Positions 37,501-45,347 of a DNA stretch of 64,000 nt are shown here, in pieces. The notes under the pieces are model-generated. The model searched no databases, had not been told where the DNA came from, and saw only the letters and a list, made by a program, of their open reading frames with translations. The first letter of the stretch is position 1, and each line of letters starts with the position of its first letter. Position numbers and translations under genes: made by a program. Origin of the DNA: Flagellimonas sp. Its GTDB lineage: Bacteria > Bacteroidota > Bacteroidia > Flavobacteriales > Flavobacteriaceae. The DNA is taken from the NCBI RefSeq assembly GCF_965215805.1, contig NZ_OZ244124.1:2358417-2422416 (forward strand), read 5' to 3'.

Positions 37501-40076
37501 TCGTTGTTGACGGCCGTTGCCACCTGTGCATCTGTCAGCTGTGTATCGTTGTCGATGTCGTCGGCAAATCCTGCTGGCACATTGTTCAAAGAGGCCCACT
37601 CCCCGTCAAAGTCGTCGGTGGAGTCCGTATCGAGGTTGGCCGGTACATTGATCAAATCATTGAAATCCCCTGAAAAGTCGTCGGTTGAGTCCGTATCGAG
37701 GTTCGCGGGCACATCTGTAAGGTCGTTGAAGCTTCCACTGAAATCGTCCGTTGAGTCCGTATCAAGATTGACGGGTACATTTGTCAAATCATTGAAATCC
37801 CCTGAAAAGTCATCCGTCACATCGGTGTCCAGGTTGGGGAACTCGTTGTTCACTGCCGTTGCCACCTGTGCATCTGTCAGCTGTGTATCGTTGTCGATGT
37901 CGTCGGCAAATCCTGCTGGCACATTGTTCAAAGAGGCCCACTCCCCGTCAAAGTCGTCGGTGGAGTCCGTGTCCAGATTGGCCGGAACGTCCGTAAGGTC
38001 GTTGAAGCTGCCTGAAAAGTCATCGGTCACATCGGTGTCCAGGTTGGGGAACTCGTTGTTCACTGCCGTTGCCACCTGTGAATCTGTCAGCTGTGTATCG
38101 TTGTCGATGTCGTCGGCAAATCCTGCTGGCACATTGTTCAAAGAGGCCCACTCCCCGTCAAAGTCGTCGGTGGAGTCCGTGTCCAGATTGGCCGGAACGT
38201 CCGTAAGGTCGTTGAAGCTGCCTGAAAAGTCATCGGTCACATCGGTGTCCAGGTTGGGGAACTCGTTGTTCACTGCCGTTGCCACCTGTGAATCTGTCAG
38301 CTGTGTATCGTTGTCTATGTCGTCGGCAAATCCTGCTGGCACATTGTTCAAAGAGGACCACTCCCCGTCGAAATCGTCCGTTGAGTCGGTATCGAGATTG
38401 GCCGGTACATTGGTCAAATCATTGAAATCCCCTGAAAAGTCGTCCGTCACATCGGTGTCCAGGTTGGGGAACTCGTTGTTCACTGCCGTTGCCACCTGTG
38501 CATCGGTCAGCTGCGTATCGTTGTCTATGTCATCGGCAAATCCTGCTGGCACATTGTTGAGTGAGGCCCACTCCCCGTCGAAGTCGTCCGTGGAGTCCGT
38601 ATCCAGATTGACGGGTACATTGGTCAAATCATTGAAATCCCCTGAAAAGTCATCGGTCACATCGGTATCGAGGTTCGGGAACTCGTTGTTCACTGCCGTT
38701 GCCACCTGTACATCTGTCAGCTGTGTATCGTTGTCGATGTCATCTGCAAATCCTGCTGGCACATTGTTGAGGGAGGACCATTCCCCGTCAAAGTCGTCGG
38801 TTGAGTCCGTATCAAGATTGGCGGGCACGTCGGTAAGGTCGTTGAAGCTTCCACTGAAATCATCAGTGGAATCCGTATCCAGATTGGCAGGTACATTGGT
38901 CAAATCATTGAAATCCCCTGAAAAGTCATCGGTCACATCGGTATCGAGGTTCGGGAACTCGTTGTTCACTGCCGTTGCCACCTGTGCATCTGTCAGCTGT
39001 GTATCGTTGTCGATGTCATCTGCAAATCCTGCTGGCACATTGTTGAGGGAGGACCATTCCCCGTCGAAGTCGTCCGTGGAGTCCGTGTCCAGGTTGGGGA
39101 ACTCGTTGTTAACGGCGGTTGCCACCTGTGCATCGGTCAGCTGCGTATCGTTGTCGATGTCGTCGGCAAAGCCTGCGGGCACATTGTTGAGGGAGGACCA
39201 CTCCCCGTCAAAGTCGTCGGTAGAGTCAGTGTCGAGGTTCGCGGGCACGTCCGTAAGGTCGTTGAAACTTCCACTGAAATCATCCGTTGAGTCCGTATCC
39301 AAATTAGCGGGCACATCCGTAAGGTCGTTGAAGCTTCCACTGAAATCGTCTGTTGAATCCGTATCAAGGTTGGCCGGTACATTGGTCAAATCATTGAAAT
39401 CCCCTGAAAAGTCATCGGTCACATCGGTATCATAACCACTAAGGTCAATAGTGGTGGCATCAGGATCGTTGGTTAATGAAATTACACCAGCATTAAATTG
39501 CAAATCTTGGATTTCATTTTGACTGTCTGCGTCAGCATCATCAACATTGATGGCTATGGTGTTTCCGTTATCAATGCTAATATTTCCTGGATTTCCATCG
39601 GTATTAAGGTTTTGGCTATCTGTATTTGTTGTATTGATGACCGTTTGTGTCCCGGATTCGTTGGTAAATGTGTATGTGCCATCCAAGTTGTCAACTAAGG
39701 TAGTAATGGTTTCAGGCGCTCCGTTGAACGTTAGGTCATTTCCAAGGCCATCTGAGAGCGTAATGGTTCCATCTCCGTTGTCAACAAAAGAAAAACCTGT
39801 GGTATTGGATGAGTTGCAAAGGTTTATCCACTGCCCTCCATTGAAATAATGCACGCAGGAGGTATCAATGTTATAAATTACAGCACCGTTAAGCGGAGTA
39901 ATGCTTTGCATTTGGGCCGAAGTCAACCTGGTAAGTACCAGAGCCTTGTCGCTGCTCTCCAGTTCCATGATGGATGCTGGGTTTATGGCATTGGGATTAT
40001 CTCCCACCTTGACTTGGCCGAATGCGATGATAGAAAAAAATAGGGCAAAAAAGGGTAAACTTCTTCTCAATTCCAT
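34581..40076 (-). CDS. Giant Asp-rich repeat protein (1831 aa), putative fibrillar adhesin
   Basis: Sec signal (…IIAFG/Q), N-domain QVKVGDNP...ELESSDK..LTRLT...GAVIYNID..CVHYFNG.QW, 1436-aa repeat stalk, ~170-aa unique C-terminus, no CTD. Confidence 0.9.
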   Translation of the reverse strand: MELRRSLPFFALFFSIIAFGQVKVGDNPNAINPASIMELESSDKALVLTRLTSAQMQSITPLNGAVIYNIDTSCVHYFNGGQWINLCNSSNTTGFSFVDNGDGTITLSDGLGNDLTFNGAPETITTLVDNLDGTYTFTNESGTQTVINTTNTDSQNLNTDGNPGNISIDNGNTIAINVDDADADSQNEIQDLQFNAGVISLTNDPDATTIDLSGYDTDVTDDFSGDFNDLTNVPANLDTDSTDDFSGSFNDLTDVPANLDTDSTDDFSGSFNDLTDVPANLDTDSTDDFDGEWSSLNNVPAGFADDIDNDTQLTDAQVATAVNNEFPNLDTDSTDDFDGEWSSLNNVPAGFADDIDNDTQLTDAQVATAVNNEFPNLDTDVTDDFSGDFNDLTNVPANLDTDSTDDFSGSFNDLTDVPANLDTDSTDDFDGEWSSLNNVPAGFADDIDNDTQLTDVQVATAVNNEFPNLDTDVTDDFSGDFNDLTNVPVNLDTDSTDDFDGEWASLNNVPAGFADDIDNDTQLTDAQVATAVNNEFPNLDTDVTDDFSGDFNDLTNVPANLDTDSTDDFDGEWSSLNNVPAGFADDIDNDTQLTDSQVATAVNNEFPNLDTDVTDDFSGSFNDLTDVPANLDTDSTDDFDGEWASLNNVPAGFADDIDNDTQLTDSQVATAVNNEFPNLDTDVTDDFSGSFNDLTDVPANLDTDSTDDFDGEWASLNNVPAGFADDIDNDTQLTDAQVATAVNNEFPNLDTDVTDDFSGDFNDLTNVPVNLDTDSTDDFSGSFNDLTDVPANLDTDSTDDFSGDFNDLINVPANLDTDSTDDFDGEWASLNNVPAGFADDIDNDTQLTDAQVATAVNNEFPNLDTDVTDDFSGSFNDLTDVPANLDTDSTDDFDGEWASLNNVPAGFADDIDNDTQLTDAQVATAVNNEFPNLDTDVTDDFSGDFNDLTNVPANLDMDSTDDFSGSFNDLTDVPANLDTDSTDDFDGEWSSLNNVPAGFADDIDNDTQLTDAQVATAVNNEFPNLDTDVTDDFSGSFNDLTDVPVNLDTDSTDDFSGSFNDLTDVPANLDTDSTDDFDGEWSSLNNVPAGFADDIDNDTQLTDSQVATAVNNEFPNLDTDVTDDFSGSFNDLTDVPANLDTDSTDDFDGEWASLNNVPAGFADDIDNDTQLTDSQVATAVNNEFPNLDTDVTDDFSGDFNDLTNVPANLDTDSTDDFDGEWTSLNNVPAGFADDIDNDTQLTDAQVATAVNNEFPNLDTDVTDDFSGDFNDLTNVPVNLDTDSTDDFDGEWSSLNNVPAGFADDIDNDTQLTDAQVATAVNNEFPNLDTDVTDDFSGDFNDLTNVPANLDTDSTDDFDGEWSSLNNVPAGFADDIDNDTQLTDAQVATAVNNEFPNLDTDVTDDFSGDFNDLTNVPVNLDTDSTDDFSGSFNDLTDVPANLDTDSTDDFDGEWSSLNNVPSGFADDIDNDTQLTDAQVATAVNNEFPNLDTDVTDDFSGSFNDLTDVPANLDTDSTDDFDGEWASLNNVPSGFADDIDNDTQLTDAQVATAVNNEFPNLDTDVTDDFSGDFNDLTNVPANLDTDSTDDFSGSFNDLTDVPANLDTDSTDDFDGEWASLNNVPAGFADNIDNDTQLTDAQVATAVNNEFPNLDTDVTDDFDGDWSSLSNIPADIADGDDDTVTTLSQNTTTGVITYTNEATANQTANVVGAEADNSITVGANGGAYYESPIKAFGKIAANGSVTRATSGITVTKLTGNGYYRVNLPSGLVSDANYIIQLAQPSRDGSGNDDPGISYRAQTSSSFEVIVGDNDNGGTDRNRFNSEFMFTILDL
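35100..39407 (-). repeat. Intragenic combinatorial tandem array: 18 x 144-nt unit plus 26 x 66-nt units
   Basis: Hand parse: 18x48 aa + 26x22 aa = 1436 aa = 4308 nt, exactly matching the coordinates. Confidence 0.92.
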
Positions 40077-40236
40077 TACAACTTGTTTGATAGCGCGCTA
40101 AAAATAAGGTTGGCGGTAGAGAAGAACCACAAAATGTTGTGTAGGTGGATAAGATTGTTGTAAATGGGAATTGAATGGACAATCCCTTAAAATATAGCTT
40201 GTTAGGCTAGGTAATGTGAAGTATAATTCTTACAGG

Positions 40237-41403
40237 TTAACGATCCAGAAACAAAAAGCCTTGATATTCCAAACCTAAATCATCCAAGGTGACCAGATAG
40301 AAGTAAACACCTTCGGGAAGCCCAATATCCTGGCTTAGATAAAAATTTCCAGTATTTGATTCTCCTATGAATTCGTCTACGTAGTTGATTTTTTCATACA
40401 CCTTCTGTCCAAACCGATTGAAAATTCTAAGGCTATTGTTTGGCGATTCAGACATATTGTCCAGCACAAGAAATTCGTTAATGCCATCCCCATTTGGACT
40501 TAGGAAGTAATTGCCCAAAGTAGGATTGTTCACGGCGAATGTATCTGTAGGTAATGGAATGGTCCCGAAGGTAATGGCTCTAAAATCGTTAGGATTAAAG
40601 ACTTCGGAGGTGATGAAACCGTTTGTAATATCACCGCCTTTAGCTGAATTTCCGATGACAACCCATCGATTTGAGGCTATACTCCAGCCCACCACAATAA
40701 TGGACTCAAAACTGGCATTGGGAATAGATGCTAAATCGCTTCTCGGATTCCAACTAATGGTTACCGATGCGGGGACGCCACTTTGGAGAATCCAAAACTC
40801 CTGGTCCGTCACTGTTCCAATTTCCGGTACTTTGCTGTTTACATCAAAGGTGGATGTAAGAGATGTTGGACTGGAGGGGTTTTCAAACAAATAAGCACAC
40901 CGTGCCAAAGGCGTACTACCTTGTGAATTCAGGGTCAGTGGCCGTAATTGATTTTCATCACCAATCGGAAATGAGAAAAAATCCCTGTTATTTATGGCAG
41001 CAAAGCCCTTTATTTTTGCACCATCCCGTTCCCCGGTAAAAAAACCATTTTGCATAAAATTGAGATACACCGTTTGATCATCCAAGGGCGAGTCCACATT
41101 ACCGTCCACAAAATTGGTATTGTTTTGTACATGCACCGGGATTCTTAGCATGACATTACTGGGAACAAAAAACTCCGCATCCCAAAAACTTGGGGCTACA
41201 TTGCCTGAAACCTCAATAGCGCCGTTTCCATAGAAACCAGTCAGCCCAATATTTTGATCAAAGGAAGCATCGTTGATAAAGTTGGTATGAAATCCTATGC
41301 TGCCATTAGGGTGTATCTTGATATCGCCTCCGTTATATAGGGCGTTTTGGGCATAGCCAGAGACTAAAAATAACAGTAAAGATGCTTTAATAAGTACTTT
41401 CAT
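40237..41403 (-). CDS. T9SS type-B CTD protein, partner paralog 1
   Basis: Start refined to ATG 41403 (MKVLIKASLLLFLVSGYAQ); FLSPNGDGINE...IFNRFG...GVYFY...QGFLFL. Confidence 0.88.
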   Translation of the reverse strand: MKVLIKASLLLFLVSGYAQNALYNGGDIKIHPNGSIGFHTNFINDASFDQNIGLTGFYGNGAIEVSGNVAPSFWDAEFFVPSNVMLRIPVHVQNNTNFVDGNVDSPLDDQTVYLNFMQNGFFTGERDGAKIKGFAAINNRDFFSFPIGDENQLRPLTLNSQGSTPLARCAYLFENPSSPTSLTSTFDVNSKVPEIGTVTDQEFWILQSGVPASVTISWNPRSDLASIPNASFESIIVVGWSIASNRWVVIGNSAKGGDITNGFITSEVFNPNDFRAITFGTIPLPTDTFAVNNPTLGNYFLSPNGDGINEFLVLDNMSESPNNSLRIFNRFGQKVYEKINYVDEFIGESNTGNFYLSQDIGLPEGVYFYLVTLDDLGLEYQGFLFLDR

Positions 41404-41408
41404 GTTTT

Positions 41409-43490
41409 CTAAGGAGCTAAAACCACGTAATGCCAATTTGCATTGGTCGCTGTAGGAACTCCAGCTATAAACTCGTAGACCTGTACAGAAAAAGTCCCTA
41501 CACCTTGATTGGTCAATTGAATCATAATTGGATTTCCTGGTGTGTTTTCCTGGACGGTGAGTTGAATAACTGAGGTAGCAGTTATGGCGGCATTATTAAC
41601 GATATAAGCTCCGGCTGTTCCAGTCCCAGATGCAACTTGTGCCCTTAAGGTTACTTGCTGACTAAGAACCCAATCAGTTCCATTCCACTCCATAAGTTGA
41701 CCTTGTGTGGTTCCGTTGTCAAGTTTTGCCAAAGTGACAGCATCATTTGCTATGGATGTGGCATTGGGGGCTCCCGTGACATCCCCAGAAAGATTATCCA
41801 CAGAGAATGTGGTCCCCGTAAGTGTGAGCCCCGTCCCTGCGGTATATGTTGTGTCGTCATCGGTATCGTCCGCGAAGCCCGCCGGGATGTTGGTGATGTT
41901 GGCCCAATCGGGTGCGACGCCCGCATTGTCCACGGAGAAAGTTGTCCCCGTAAGTGAGAGCCCTGTCCCTGCGGTATATGTTGTGTCGTCATCGGTATCG
42001 TCCGCGAAGCCCGCCGGGATGTTCGTGATGTTGGCCCAATCGGGTGCGACGCCCGCATTGTCCACGGAGAAAGTTGTCCCTGTAAGTGAGAGCCCCGTCC
42101 CTGCAGTGTACGTTGTGTCGTCGTCGGTATCGTCCGCGAAGCCCGCCGGGATGTTCGTGATGTTGGCCCAATCGGGTGCAATGCCCGCATTGTCCACGGA
42201 GAAAGTTGTCCCTGTAAGAGAGAGCCCCGTCCCTGCAGTGTACGTTGTGTCGTCGTCGGTATCGTCCGCGAAGCCTGCCGGGATGTTGGTGATGTTGGCC
42301 CAATCGGGTGCAATGCCCGCATTGTCCACGGAGAAAGTTGTCCCTGTAAGTGAGAGCCCTGTCCCTGCAGTGTACGTTGTGTCGTCGTCGGTATCGTCCG
42401 CGAAGCCTGCCGGGATGTTGGTGATGTTGGCCCAATCGGGTGCAATGCCCGCATTGTCCACGGAGAAAGTTGTCCCTGTAAGTGAGAGCCCTGTCCCTGC
42501 GGTATATGTTGTGTCGTCATCGGTATCGTCCGCGAAGCCTGTCGGGATGTTCGTGATGTTGGCCCAATCAGGTGAAATTCCTGAATTGTCAACTTCAAGT
42601 GACCCGTCCGCGGCTTGGTTTAACCCTGTTCCAGCAACATCCACATTTATCTTGGCCGCTGTCACGCCGTCGTCCAGCAGTTCATTCGTCCCAACCGCAT
42701 CATTGGCCATTTTATCATTGGTAACCGCATCGGTGGCCAAATCCAAATTGCTTACTTGGCCATCTTCAATCTTTAATGAGTTGACGGCATTATCGGCAAG
42801 CTCTACAGTGTTGATTCCTCCCGCATTAACGTCCAGCAAAAATGGGTTTAAGGCATCCCCTGTTCCAGACAGCACCAAGGTGGCATCAGCTGGTCCTGTA
42901 ACTTCATTTCCAACCACACCGTCCACTTCGGTAACGGTTAAGGCCGACTCATCCACCAAAATCCATTGTGTTCCGCTCCATTGCAACAACTCGCCTGTGG
43001 TAGTTCCAGGACCCAGCTTATCAAAAGAAATGGCTTCTGCTGCAATCCTATCTCCAGTAATGGATTGTGGTTGAATATGAAGTTGCCCATTTACAGAGGT
43101 TGGAACAATATTCTCGCCTCTAATCATGCCTACTTCAAAATTGAAATTGGTACCATCTTCCGTGATTACAATGGTAGGGTTTGCATTTACAATGGGGTCC
43201 GCGGAAAAGGTCTGCTCATCTGGCTGGTCACAGGGATTGATCCACTGGGTACCGTCGAAGAAATGCACGCACTCGGTATCCACGTTGTAGACCATGGCAC
43301 CTTGCAATGGGGTTATGCTTTCCATTTGGACCGTTGTCATACGGGTAATGACCAAGACCCTGGAGGTGCTTTCCAATTCCAGAACGGACGCCGGATGCAA
43401 AACTTCAGGGTTTTCCCCAATTTTGATTTGGGCTTGTAGCGAACTGATCATCAGTAGTCCAATGATCAAACTTGAAAATTGTTTTTTCAC
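41409..43490 (-). CDS. Repeat-stalk secreted protein (~693 aa), putative fibrillar adhesin
   Basis: GTG 43490 (VKKQFSSLIIGLLMISSLQA/Q) preferred because TAGTTTTG -7 at 43527-43534 overlaps the track start; same N-domain as the 1831-aa protein; 6x44-aa repeats; no CTD. Confidence 0.88.
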   Translation of the reverse strand: MKKQFSSLIIGLLMISSLQAQIKIGENPEVLHPASVLELESTSRVLVITRMTTVQMESITPLQGAMVYNVDTECVHFFDGTQWINPCDQPDEQTFSADPIVNANPTIVITEDGTNFNFEVGMIRGENIVPTSVNGQLHIQPQSITGDRIAAEAISFDKLGPGTTTGELLQWSGTQWILVDESALTVTEVDGVVGNEVTGPADATLVLSGTGDALNPFLLDVNAGGINTVELADNAVNSLKIEDGQVSNLDLATDAVTNDKMANDAVGTNELLDDGVTAAKINVDVAGTGLNQAADGSLEVDNSGISPDWANITNIPTGFADDTDDDTTYTAGTGLSLTGTTFSVDNAGIAPDWANITNIPAGFADDTDDDTTYTAGTGLSLTGTTFSVDNAGIAPDWANITNIPAGFADDTDDDTTYTAGTGLSLTGTTFSVDNAGIAPDWANITNIPAGFADDTDDDTTYTAGTGLSLTGTTFSVDNAGVAPDWANITNIPAGFADDTDDDTTYTAGTGLSLTGTTFSVDNAGVAPDWANITNIPAGFADDTDDDTTYTAGTGLTLTGTTFSVDNLSGDVTGAPNATSIANDAVTLAKLDNGTTQGQLMEWNGTDWVLSQQVTLRAQVASGTGTAGAYIVNNAAITATSVIQLTVQENTPGNPIMIQLTNQGVGTFSVQVYEFIAGVPTATNANWHYVVLAP
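41793..42569 (-). repeat. Six 132-nt tandem repeats (DWANITNIPAGFADDTDDDTTYTAGTGLSLTGTTFSVDNAGIAP)
   Basis: Unit starts at 42569, 42437, 42305, 42173, 42041, 41909. Confidence 0.95.
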
Positions 43491-43526
43491 GGTGTCTGAG
43501 GGTTGAGGATATTTAGACTTAATGGG

Positions 43527-43534
43527 CAAAACTA
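43527..43534 (-). promoter_or_regulatory. -7 element TAGTTTTG for the fibre operon
   Basis: Exact TAnnTTTG 36 nt upstream of GTG 43490. Confidence 0.55.
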
Positions 43535-43692
43535 GGCCTATGATCCGAGAATTCTAATAATTACCGTCAAAATACCTCAGTTCAAAGGTGAACGGATAAG
43601 TACTACGGTAGAATTTTTGGAGAATTAACAAAAGTTTAGAACAGTGATATTTTTTTATGTGGCCGCCAAGGGTTTTCTTTAACTTCGGCTAA

Positions 43693-44445
43693 ATGGCCAT
43701 GCTTATGAAAAACTTTACACTGATTTTATTTTTTCTTGCTTGCGCTGGTAGTTTACTGGCTCAAGATAATAGACAAGTACTAAGGGGCAAGGTGATTTAT
43801 CGTGGGATAAATGTACCCAACGAAAACGTGATCAATTCCACTTCGGAAACAGCTACTATTACCAATGAGGATGGGGAGTTTGTAATATTGGTAAAGGAGG
43901 GTGACCAATTGGTTTTTACAGCAGTGAATTATCAACTGGAAGTTGTAACGATCACTCCTGAAATTTTACACAATAATCGTCTCGTAGTTGAGGTGACGGA
44001 AAAAGTTACCGAGCTGGAAGGGGTAGTGGTAACTCCTGAAAATCAGGAGAAATTTTTGGAAGTCAAAAACGAGGATTTCAAAGAATTTGAATATGAAATA
44101 GACCGATCTACCGAGGTTGAGAATATTGCCGAATCCAGAACCGTAAGAGGAATGCGGGATGGAATCAACTTTGTGAACATTTTCAAAGCTTTGTTCAAGG
44201 CCAAAAAACTTGAGGGTGAAACAAGGGAGCCGTTAAAGGTAAGCGAGGTTTTGAGACAGGTCTATGAAGACGAGTTTTTTGTGGTGGATTTGAAATTACC
44301 TCAGGATAAAATCGATGCTTTTTTGGTCTACTGTGATGACAAAGTTCCCTCGCAGACCTTGTTGCGCAAAGAAAATGAGTTCCAGCTAATCGATTTCCTA
44401 GTGACCCATAGTAAAACCTATTTGGCCGAATTGGATGCGGAGTAA
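43693..44445 (+). CDS. Secreted protein with carboxypeptidase-regulatory-like (CarbopepD_reg_2) N-domain
   Basis: Signal peptide; LRGKVI...TITNEDGEFVILVKEGDQLVFTAVNY...ELEGVVV. Confidence 0.75.
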   Translation: MAMLMKNFTLILFFLACAGSLLAQDNRQVLRGKVIYRGINVPNENVINSTSETATITNEDGEFVILVKEGDQLVFTAVNYQLEVVTITPEILHNNRLVVEVTEKVTELEGVVVTPENQEKFLEVKNEDFKEFEYEIDRSTEVENIAESRTVRGMRDGINFVNIFKALFKAKKLEGETREPLKVSEVLRQVYEDEFFVVDLKLPQDKIDAFLVYCDDKVPSQTLLRKENEFQLIDFLVTHSKTYLAELDAE

Positions 44446-45232
44446 AGTTCTACTTTTCCTTTTTGTTGTTTTTTCATTTTCGATACATGCCCAGCAAACG
44501 GGTACCAAACAGCTTCGAGGAAGGGTGTACAGCACCAATGAGGATGTTGTAGGGGTGGTGGTGCAGAACCTTACATCCCAAAGAGCTGTTATTACGGATA
44601 TGGACGGGAATTTTTCCATTCTTGTGGCCCTTCAGGATACGCTGGCATTCTCCGCGGTCCAATTTCAGCGAAAACTTATTGTGGTCAATGATGTGGTCTA
44701 CAATACAAGTTTTATCTCGGTACCCTTGGAGGAATTTGTGAACGAGCTGAAGGAAGTTGTGGTGAGACCTTACGATTTATCCGGAGACCTTAACCAGGAT
44801 TTAGATCAGCTCCAACTGGAAAAAGATGTAAGTGCGGAAGCTTTGGGACTGCCCAATGCGCACGCAAAAATCCCCACGCAGAGCGAACGGAAATTGCAGC
44901 AGGCTTCTTTTGGAAAATTTAATGTGGGAATGATTTTGACTCCTCCCTTGGATCCAATCATCAATGCCATTACGGGGCGAACAAAGATGCTTAAGAACAG
45001 GGTCAAAGTGGATAAAACCTATGCCAGAACCCAGCGGGTACAGGGTTTTTATGCAGATTCCCTAATTAGCACCAACTTAAAGATTCCTGTAGAAAAACTG
45101 GATGATTTCATGTATTTCTGTGAGGTGGATGAGGATTTTCAGCACACCGTAGACTCCCATGATAAATTGAAGATTTGGGATTTTATGGTTTCAAAGAGTA
45201 GAGCGTATCGTAGAAACAATAATTTAGACTAA
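44435..45232 (+). CDS. Paralogous carboxypeptidase-regulatory-like domain protein
   Basis: Signal peptide; LRGRVY...ITDMDGNFSILVALQDTLAFSAVQF...NELKEVVV; overlaps the previous gene. Confidence 0.75.
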   Translation: MRSKVLLFLFVVFSFSIHAQQTGTKQLRGRVYSTNEDVVGVVVQNLTSQRAVITDMDGNFSILVALQDTLAFSAVQFQRKLIVVNDVVYNTSFISVPLEEFVNELKEVVVRPYDLSGDLNQDLDQLQLEKDVSAEALGLPNAHAKIPTQSERKLQQASFGKFNVGMILTPPLDPIINAITGRTKMLKNRVKVDKTYARTQRVQGFYADSLISTNLKIPVEKLDDFMYFCEVDEDFQHTVDSHDKLKIWDFMVSKSRAYRRNNNLD

Positions 45233-45312
45233 AGGGTTGGCATGCCATTTGTACTTTTGTTAATTGAATACGAGGTTTGGGAAGGTTTTTTATTTCTAAG
45301 TCCTCAATTCCT

Positions 45313-45339
45313 TGTAACGAAAAGTTGAAAATGTAGTCT
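45313..45339 (+). promoter_or_regulatory. Putative ECF-sigma promoter TGTAAC-N16-AGTCT
   Basis: Identical elements and spacing to 30292-30318; 8 nt before ATG 45348. Confidence 0.5.
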
Positions 45340-45347
45340 TTTACATT

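Noticed and set aside
35100-39407. Repeat array as a possible CRISPR or DGR
   Set aside because: Units are in-frame coding multiples of 3 with no unique spacers; no cas or reverse transcriptase genes nearby.
34915-39435. 1506-aa ORF on the + strand, antisense to the giant fibre
   Set aside because: Ser/Val-rich mirror of the repeat codons; the low-complexity repeats happen to lack antisense stops; no signal peptide or recognisable domain.
41707-43074. Antisense 455-aa ORF and alternate-frame ORFs (41750-42598, 41989-42435)
   Set aside because: Shadows of the 132-nt repeats.
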